From an uncultured bacterium (GTDB taxonomy: Bacteria > Acidobacteriota > Thermoanaerobaculia > Multivoradales > JAHZIX01), in assembly GCA_965368975.1 (NCBI GenBank), contig CBDUPA010000019.1:1-64000 (forward strand): a DNA stretch of 64,000 nucleotides, given 5' to 3'. Each line of letters starts with the position of its first letter. Positions within the stretch are counted from its first letter, which is position 1. Under the pieces are notes generated by a model. The model saw only the letters and a list, made by a program, of their open reading frames with translations, was not told where the DNA came from and did no database searches. Positions 50,201 through 64,000 of this stretch are shown in pieces. Made by a program: the position numbers and the translations under genes.

Positions 50201-53200
50201 CCGCGGTAGGCATCGTAGCTTTCCAGCAGCTCCCCCAGCAGCAACGGCAGCGACCAGCCGTCGATCAGCACATGGTGGAAGCTCCAGACAAAGTGGTGCA
50301 GATCCGGGGCGAAGCGCACCAAGGTCAGGCGCAGCGGCGGCGCGGCGGCAACGTCGAAGCCGTACCGGCGGTCGGCATCCAACAAGGCACGCAGGCGCGC
50401 TTGCCGCTCCTCTGGCCGCACCCGCTGCCAGTCGAGCAGGCGCCAGGGGCTCGGAGGATGCTGCCACACGCGTTGCAGCGGTGGCTCGTGCTCGAACAGG
50501 AAGGACGTCCGGAGCACTGAGTGGCGGCGCAGCATGCGCTTCCAGGCGGCCAGGAAGGCCGGCATGTCGAGGGCATCGTCCAGGTGCAGCCCCAACTGCT
50601 CGACGTAGACGCCCGAGTGCGGCTGGTGCAGCGTGTGGAAGAGCATGCCCTGCTGCGCCGGCGCCAGCGGATACAGGTCGACCGGCGGCTCAGCCCCACC
50701 GGGCCGCTGGACGGTGAGCGCGTCGAGGGTCTCCTGGTCGACCTCGGCGAGCGGGAAATCGGACGGCGTCCGGCCGGCGATCCCGGGCGTCGCACAGTGC
50801 TCGATCAGCGCGTCGAGCCGAGCCTCGAAGCTCTCCGCCAGCGCCTCGATGGTCGCCGGGCGATGGCGCCGCTCGCTGTACGTGAAGCGCACGTGCAATC
50901 TCTCGCCGGCCACCTGCGCCGACACTTCGAGCAGGTAGAGCCGCTGCTGGCGCGCATCGCGCATGGGTCCAGACGACTCGGGAGCACCGCGCCAGGGACT
51001 ATCGGCAGCGACCGCGCGGTCGAGCTGACCGAGGTAGTTGAAGACGACCGACGGCCGGGGTAGATCGCGCAGTCCGAGATCGTCGCGCTCGGCGTAGCGC
51101 AAAGCGCCGAAGGCCGCACCGCCGCCCAGGCCTCCGGCCAGCTGTGGTGACGCCGCGGCGCGCACCTGCTCCTTGACGCGCTTGAGCACGCTGCCGAGAT
51201 CCTCCTCGCCGCCTTCCCCAGTCTGCGCAGCCTCCCGTTCTGGCAGCTCCAGCGCTACCGGGTACAGCGCCGTGAACCAGCCGGCGGTACGGCTGGGATC
51301 GAGTTCGTCGGCGACCTCTCCACCGACACTCAAGGCGTCGCGGCCGTGGCCCTCCATCTCGACCAGCAGGCGCGGCCGGCCGGTCCAGGCGCCGACCGCT
51401 TGCAGCAGCGCCGCCAGCAGGACCTCGGGCACGCCAGTGCGGTAGGCCCGCGGCACCTGCTGCAGCAGTGTGCGGGTGCGCTCCGGCGTCAGCGAGATCT
51501 CGACGTCGCGGGCGGCACTCAACAGATCCTTGCCAGCCTTGAAGTCGACCGGAAGCAGGCTCGATGCCGAAGCCAGGCGACGGCGCCAGGCTTCGGCCAG
51601 CTGCACCGCCCGCGGCGCCTGAGCAAAGGTGTCGAGCGCCTCGCCCCAGGCCTGCAGCGTCACCGGCGACGCCATCGGCCGTGGTGATTGGCCGCTCGTC
51701 AGCTGTTCCAGCACGACGGTCAAGTCGTCGAGCAGCACGCGCCAGGTGACGCCGTCGACCACCAGGTGGTGCAAGATCAACAACACGCGGTCGACCTCCG
51801 GCGAGCCTCCGGGCGGCGTGCTTTCCAAGACGAAGAACAACGCGCGCAGCACGCGGGCCTGCGTCGGATCGAGACTCGCCTGGGCCGCGGCGGCCAAGCG
51901 CTCGTGCTCGGGCTGGCGTGCCCCCTCGATCAGCCGCGACAGGTCGAGCACGGCACCAGCCGGACCGGCCAGGCGTCGTGCCTCGGCCGCGCTCAGGATC
52001 TCCTGCGTCGACTTGGCCGGTGCTTCCAGGTCGACCGAGAAGCGGCTACGCAGCGCGCCATGGTGTCGACGTAGCGTTTCGACCGCGCGGTCGAGCAGCA
52101 CGACCGGCGGCCGCGTGTCGCCGGCTGGACGTAATTGCACCGCCTGGTTGAAGTGCCACCAGCCTTCCAGCCGCTGCTCGAAGAACCAGCGCTGCGCCGG
52201 AGTCAGGGCGGCCGGCCCCTGGTCGGACTGCGCACTTCCGGCTCCGTCGGCGACGCCCGCGACCGCCGCCAGGCCGGCCACCGTCGGCGCCTCGAACAGC
52301 TGTCGTGGCGACAGCGTGATGCCATCGCGGCCGGCGCGCGAGATCACCTGGATGCTCAGGATCGAGTCGCCGCCGAGCTCGAAAAAGTTGTCGTCGACCG
52401 CCACGTCGGAAACGCCGAGCACCTCCTCGAACACCGCCACCAACTTCCGTTCGAGCGGCGTGCCGGGAGCGCGTCGCTCCTGGCTCACGTGGCGCCAGCG
52501 CGGCGCCGGCAGGGCACCGCGGTCGACCTTGCCGTTGGAGCTCAGCGGGAAGCTCTGCAAGTAAACGAAGTGGCTGGGCACCATGTAGCCCGGCAAGTGT
52601 TCGAGCAGCTGGGCGGTCAACTGGGCACTGATCGCGTCCTGCAACTCCTCCGAGTCCCAGCGCACCGTGCTCGACGGCAGCACGTAGCCGACCAGGGTGC
52701 GCGAGCCGGTGTTGTCCTCGCGCACCACGCACACGGCTTCCTCGACCTGCGGATAGCCGAAGAGCACGGCCTCGATCTCGCCCAGTTCGATGCGGAAACC
52801 CCGCACCTTGACCTGGTGGTCGGCACGACCGAGGAACTCGATCAGGCCGTCGTCGCGGAAGCGCCCCAGGTCGCCCGTGCGGTAGAGGCGTTCGCCAGTC
52901 TGGGCATCGTGGCGGAAGGCCGCGCGCGTCTTCTCGTCGTCGGCCCAATAGCCGAGGGCGACGCCGATGCCGCCGATGAACAACAAGCCGGGCAGACCGA
53001 ACGGCCGCGGCTCCAGGTTCTCTTCCAGGATGTGGAAGCTCTGGTTGCGCATCGGCCGGCCATAGGGGATCGACGTCCAGTCCGCCTTGACCTCGCCGAT
53101 CGGATAGCAGATCGACCAGATCGACGCCTCCGTGGCACCCCCACCGCTGTACACCGTACATGCCGGCCACAGCCGGCGGATGCGATCGGGCAGCGACACC

Positions 53201-56200
53201 GGCAGCCAGTCACCGCTCATCAGCACACCGCGCAGGTCCGGCGGCGGCGCCACGTCGTGCAGTTCGAGCTGCCCCTCCAGGTACTCGACGTACATCTCCA
53301 TCAGCGCCGGCACCGAGTCCCAGAAGGTGACCCGGTGCTGACGGCACAAGCGCTCCCAGGTCGCCGGATCGCGGCGCGCGGCGATCGGCAGATTGACCAC
53401 CGCGCCGCCGGTCATCAGCAAGCCGAAGATGTCGTAGACGCTCAGATCGAAGGCCAGCGACGAGATGGCCAGCACGCGGGAGTCGGCGTCGATATCGAAG
53501 CGGTCGTTGACGTCGAGCAGCGTGTTGACGGCGCCGCGATGGTCGATCACCACGCCCTTGGGGCGGCCGGTCGAGCCGGAAGTGAAGATGATGTAGGCGA
53601 CGTGGTCCGGCTGGCTCAGCGACGGCAGCGCGGTCGTCTCCTCCTGCCACCAAGCGGGCTCCTCGCCATCGGCGGAGCGATCCAACCACAGTACCGGCGG
53701 GCACGACTCGGGCAGATTGTCGACCAGGGCATGCTGCGCCAGCACGAAGCGCGCATCCTCGACCATGAAGCCCAGGCGCTCGCGCGGATAGGTCGGGTCC
53801 ATCGGGATATAGGCACCCCCAGCCTTGAGGATGCCGTACAGCCCGGTGACGGTGTCAAACGACGGCTCGGTACACAGACCGACCAGCACGCCCGGCCCAA
53901 CGCCCTGCGCGCGCAGCGTGTGCGCCAGCTGGTTGGAGCGTGCGTCGAGTTCACCGTAGGTCCACTCGCGGGCCGCGTCGCCCTCGCCGTCGATCACCGC
54001 CACGCGCTGCGGCGCGGCCGCCGCCTGCGCTTCGAACAGCGCTTGCAGTGACGGCACCTTGGGTGTCTCCCAGGCGGTGTCGTTCCACTCGCGCAACTGG
54101 TGCCGCTCGGCACGGGTGAGCAGCGGCAGGCGCGACAGGGCCGTCCCCGGCGTCTGCACACCGCCCCCGAGCAGCACCTCGAAGTGGCGCAGCAGACGCT
54201 CGGCGGTGGTGGCGTCGAAGATGTCGGAGGCGAACTCCAGGCTGCCGAAGAAACCATCGGCGTCTTCGAGCAGGATCAGGCTGAAGTCGAACTTGGCGGT
54301 GCCATCGGCCAGACCCATGCCGGCGGCGGCCAGGCCACCGGCGGGCGCGCCGTCCTCGATCCCCGCGGTACCCGAGGCCGCCTCGATGCCTTCCTGCATC
54401 TCCAGCGCCAGTTCCTGCGGGATGTTCTGCAACGCCAACAGCGCCTGGAACAGCGGCGAATGGCTGAGACTGCGCTGCGGCGACAGCTCGGCGACCAGCT
54501 TCTCGAACGGCACATCCTGGTACGCGTGCGCATCGAGACTGATCTCGCGCACGCGGCGCACCACCTCGGCGAAGTCCGGGTCGCCGGTCAGCGGCGTGCG
54601 CAACACCAGGGTGTTGATGAAGAAACCGATCAGCGGCTCGATCTCGATACGGTTGCGTCCCGCCACCGGCGTGCCGACGCTGACGTCGGGCTGGCCGGTG
54701 TAGCGACCGAGCAAGGCCTGGAAGGCGGCCATCAGCACCATGAACGGCGTCGCGCCGGAACCGCGTGCCAGCCGGTGCACGCCCTGCGACACCGCCTGCG
54801 ACATGCGCAGGCTGCGATAGGCCCCCTGGAAGCTCTGCACCGGTGGCCGTGGACGGTCGGTCGGGAACTCGAGCAGCGGCGGTGCGCCCTCCAGATGCTG
54901 GCGCCACCAGCTGAGCTGCGCCTCGAGCAGGTCTCCGGTCAACCAGCGGCGTTGCCAGGCGGCAAAGTCGGCATACTGCACACGCAGAGGCGCCAGGGGC
55001 GAGCGGCGGCCCTGGCGGAAGGCATCGTAGAGCACCCGCACCTCGCGCCGCAGAACCGCCGACGACCAGCCATCGCTGGCGATATGGTGCATGGTCGACA
55101 GGGCAATGTGGCGCCCCTCTGTCTGGCGTAACAAGAGCGCGCGTAGCAGCGGATCACGGCCGAGCACGAAGACGCGCATGCCTTCGCGTCCTGCCAGCCG
55201 CCGTCCCTCGAGATCGCCAGCGGCGGTACCCAGGCCGGCGAGGTCGATCACAGGCATTCGGTAGCGGCGGGGTGGCGGCGCCACGCGCTGCATCGGCTTG
55301 CCGTCGACCTCCGGGTACGTGGTGCGCAGGACCTCGTGGCGGCGGATGATCTCCCCGACCGCGCGCTCCAGCGCCGCCACGTCGAGTTCCTCACCGTCGC
55401 CACCGAGCACGAAGGCATTGCCGATGTTGTACGCGGCGTTGTCGGGCACCAGGTGATCGAGGAACCACAAGCGTTCCTGCGAGAACGACAGCGGCGGTGG
55501 CTCGACCGGCACGCCGTGCTGGCGCGGCAGCGGCTCGATGTCCGGGATCTCGGGCTGGTGACCACCTCGGTGCAACTGCTCGATCAGCCGTCCGAGCGCC
55601 GCCGGGTGCGGCGCCTCGAAGACCCCGCGCACCGGCACCTCGACACCGAAGCTGGCGCGCACGCGCGACACCAGCTGCACCGCCAGCAAGGAGTGGCCGC
55701 CGAGGTCGAAGAAGCTGTCACCGCGACCGGCCTCGGGTACTTGCAGCAGATCCGTGTAGATCTCGATCAGGAGTTCTTCCGTCGCCGTGCGCGCCGGCTC
55801 GGCCCCCGGACGGTGCTCCCAGGCCGGCGCCGGCAAGGCCTTACGGTCGAGCTTGCCGTGCGCCGTACGGGGTAGCACGTCGAGATAGACGAGGGCCGAG
55901 GGCACCATGTAGTCGGGCACGGCCGCTTGCAGGTGGGCGCGCAACTCGGCTTCGCGCGGCGCGGCTTCCGACGCCAACGCCAGGACGTAGGCCACCAAGC
56001 GGGTGACGCCGGTGGGATCTTCGAGCGCCAGCACCACCGCCTGGCGCACCCGTGGATGCGCCGCCAGCGCCGCTTCGATCTCGCCCAGCTCGATGCGCAG
56101 GCCGCGGATCTTGACCTGGTGGTCGCGGCGAGAGAGAAACTCGACCTGCCCGTCCTGGAGGTGGCGCACCAGGTCACCGGTGGCGTAGAGCCGGTCGCCC

Positions 56201-59090
56201 GCCGAGGCTGACGACGGATCGGAAAGAACAGAGTCCGGCGGAAACGAATCCGCAGAATACGGATCCGGAAGATACGCCGCCGCCGTCTGGGCCGGACGTC
56301 CCAGGTAGCCACGGGTAACGAAGCTGCCCCCCAGGAACAGCTCGCTGGTGACCCCGGACGGGGCCGGCTGCAACTCGGCATCGAGCACGTAGGCGCGCGC
56401 CCCCACAAGGGGTCGCCCAAGCGACGAGGTGCGCGACGGACCGCTGCCGAGACCTTCATCGACCCGCCGTGCCAGCGCACCGACCGTCGCCTCGGTCGGA
56501 CCGTAGTGGCTGAAGGCCTTGCCTGGGGCCATCCATGCGGCCTGGCGCAAGGCCCAGGCGCGGGTGCTGGCCTCGCCGCCGAAAACGAGCCAAGTGGCCG
56601 GCAGCACGGCGCGCGGGTCAGCACTGCCCTGCAAAGCGGTCAAGTGCGAGGGCGCGATCTTGAGGCCGTCGACCCGGAAGCGCTGCAAGTAGTCCGCGAT
56701 GCCGGCGGCGTCGAGGGCCCGGTCCTCCGACATCGGATGCAGGGTACTGCCCCCCAGCAGGGGCGGATAGAGCGCCGTCTTGCAGGCGTCGACGGTCAGC
56801 GGCTGCACCATCAGCGCGCTACCGCCGGCTGCCGGGCCGAGCAGGCGGAAGATCGCGTCCAGGTACGCGAGGATCTGGCGATGCTCGACGATCACGCCCT
56901 TGGGCACGCCCGTGGAGCCCGAGGTGTAGAGCACGTAGGCGGCAGCCGCGGGGGACGCCGACAGCGTCAGGGGACCGGTCGCGGCCTGGCGCCACGGCCG
57001 TTGCCGCCAGGGCACCGTGGTGTCAACCACGTGGCCCTGGAAGGCCAGCAGCTTCGGTGTCTTGGCGCCGGCCAGCAAGACGCTCGCACCCGCGTCTTCG
57101 AGTACCGCCAGCAGGCGGGCCGGCGGCTGGGTCGGATCGAGCGGCAGGTAGGCGGCACCGGCTTTGAGGGTGGCGAGCACGCCGAGCACCTGCGCGATGC
57201 CGCGGCGCAGCGCCACCGCGACGCGCGGCTCCTCGACGCTGCCGAAGTGGCAGCGCAGGTGGCGCGCCAGACGCTCAGCCTCGGCGTGCAGATAGCCGTA
57301 GCTGAGGAAGTGGCCGACATACCCTCCACCCTGCGGCTCATCCTGCAACACTTCCTCCACAGCCGCGATCGCGTCCGGCGACTCCGCGGCCGTTGCTTCC
57401 AGTCGACCGTGCAGGAAGGCGTCGCGTGCGGCCTCGATACGCCGCGTCGACGCCTGCGCACAACCGCTCCACTCCCACAGCAGCTGGTGCCGTTCGGCGC
57501 TGCTGAGCAGGGGCAAACGCGTCCACGGCAGCGCCGGCGTCGCGGCGGCAGCTTCGAGCAGGCGCCCGTAGGCACCGAGCATGCGGCGGACGGTGGCCCG
57601 ATCGAAGAGGTCGCGATGGAATTCGAAGCTGGCGAACCAGCCTTCGGGGCTGGCGATGAGCGTGACCGTCAGATCGAATTTGGGCACCGGCGGCGGCAGC
57701 TCCATCGGCTCGACCTGCAAGCCCTCGCCTGCTTTCGAACCGGCCGTTCTCGAACCCGCATTCGCACCTTGACCGCCACGGCTCCCAGCCTGACCGCTGC
57801 TCTCCGCCTGCTGCAGCACGAACAACACCTGGAACAAGGGCGATTGGTCCAGGCGGCGCTCGGGGCGCAGTTCCTCGACCAGCTTCTCAAACGGCAAGTC
57901 GCCGTGTGCCTGGGCATCGACCATCGCCTGGCGCGTACGCGCCAGCAGCGTCCCGAAGCCGGGCTGGGCCGCGGCACTGTCTTCACCGGCACCGTCTTCA
58001 CCGGCACCGTCTTCATTGGCACCGTCTTCATTGGCACCCAGATCGAGGCGCAGTACCAGGGTGTTGACGAAACAGCCGATCAGATTCTCGATCTCTTCGC
58101 GGCTGCGTCCGGCCACGGGTGTACCGATGGCGACGTCACGACTGCCGCACAGCCGGCCGAGCAGCACCAGGACGGCACCGGCGAAGGTCATGAAGTCGGT
58201 CGCCCCGCTCGCCTTGCCGAAGGCCAGAAGCGGGCCGGTGACCGTCGCCGGCAACAATCTCTCGACGCGACCGCCAGCGTCACCGCGACGAGCGCTGCCC
58301 TCGCGTGGATGGTCGACCGGCAGCGCCAGGGGTTCCAGGCCGTCGAGGCGCTGGCGCCAGTAGTCCAGCTGCGCGGCCAGGCGCTCGCCACTCAACCAGC
58401 GACGCTGCCACACCGCATAGTCAGCGTACTGCACCCCCAGCTTGGGCAGCACCTGGCGCGCCTGCTGGCGGTCGGCATAGAAAGCGACCAGCTCACGCAC
58501 CAGCAACTCCATCGACCAGCCATCGCTGACGATGTGATGCTGGGTCAGAAAGAGCGCCGTGCGTGTCCTCTCGGTGGTGTGCTCAGCTGGCGGCAAGCGC
58601 ACCAGGGCGGCGCGTAGAAGGGGGCCTGTCTCGAGATCAAAAGGGCGCAGCGCCTCGCGTGCCGCCAACTCGCGCGCGCAGTGCTGGGCCCGTGCCGCGG
58701 GCAAGTTGCGCAGGTCGACCACCGGCAGCGACCAGCGCGGCGGTGCCTCGCCGACACGCTGGCGTGGCTCGCCCGCCACCTCCACGAAGGTCGTGCGCAG
58801 CGCCTCGTGACGGCGCACCACGGCGAGGAACGCCGCCGCCAGGCGAGCGCTGTCGAGCTGGCCGTCGAGAATCACCGCGGTCGCGACGTTGTAGAGCGGA
58901 TTGCCCGGTAGCAGGCGATCCAGGAACCACAAACGCTGCTGAGCGAACGCCAGGGGCTCTCCCTGCGGATCCGGCTCCCGCGGCAACACGACGTTCTGCT
59001 CGAGGTCCACCCCCTGCCGTCGCAACATCCCCTCGAGCAGGCGCCGCCGCTCCGGCGACAGGCCCGCGATCGTCTTGGCCAGATCGGTCA

Positions 59091-59091
<1 letters not shown>
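20260..59091 (-). CDS. Giant NRPS, 12,943 aa, 11 modules: C-A-T, C-A-T-E, then nine C-A-T; no TE or R domain
   Basis: 11 C domains with HHxxxDG, 11 A domains with (Y/F)TSGSTG and the terminal catalytic Lys, 11 carrier motifs near 55695, 52370 (GGDS), 47495, 44135, 40730, 37290, 34020, 30665, 27275, 23815, 20455; one E domain followed by a DCL-type C (YPLAPAQQGMLFH). Confidence 0.97.
30495..30550. repeat. 15-nt in-frame tandem repeat (QQRVAQQTVSQQTVSQQT) in the T8-C9 linker
   Basis: Unit ccgtctgctgtgaga, two perfect plus two degenerate copies. Confidence 0.85.
50750..52210 (-). other. Epimerization domain of NRPS module 2 (approximate bounds)
   Basis: Motifs LTPAQRWFF, HHLVVDGVTW, EGHGRD, RTAGWFTALYP, FNYLGQ, TPSDFPL; preceded by a GGDSI carrier. 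Confidence 0.92.
57973..58038. repeat. 15-nt in-frame tandem repeat, ~4.4 copies (GANEDGANEDGAGEDGAGEDS)
   Basis: Unit ggcaccgtcttca(cc/tt) within NRPS C1. Confidence 0.9.

Positions 59092-64000
<4,909 letters not shown>

Overview
High-GC bacterial window; the gene content (Ser/Thr kinase-TPR receptors, giant NRPS, M1 peptidase pair) suggests Acidobacteriota or a myxobacterium, by inference only. Left part: a tandem array of membrane Ser/Thr kinase-TPR genes with an exact 2362-bp-offset repeat, a SpoU/TrmH methyltransferase, a Tat-exported ankyrin-like protein, a secreted lamin-tail/OB/EEP nuclease, an Fe-dependent alcohol dehydrogenase and an M1 aminopeptidase with its partner gene. At 15.1-18.6 kb: a Septu(PtuAB)-like defence pair in which the ABC-type ATPase carries a fused HNH paralog lacking the catalytic His, next to an intact stand-alone HNH. 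From 18.7 kb to the right edge: the 3' part of an NRPS cluster, comprising a partial upstream NRPS, a 12,943-aa 11-module NRPS with one E domain that ends at a bare carrier domain (no TE/R), and two paralogous Asp/Glu-racemase-family Cys-dyad enzymes. Most interesting: the pseudo-HNH-ATPase/HNH system, the TE-less giant NRPS with twin racemase-like enzymes and non-canonical A-domain codes, and the apparently chimeric kinase array. A-domain codes were read by eye against GrsA numbering and domain boundaries are approximate.
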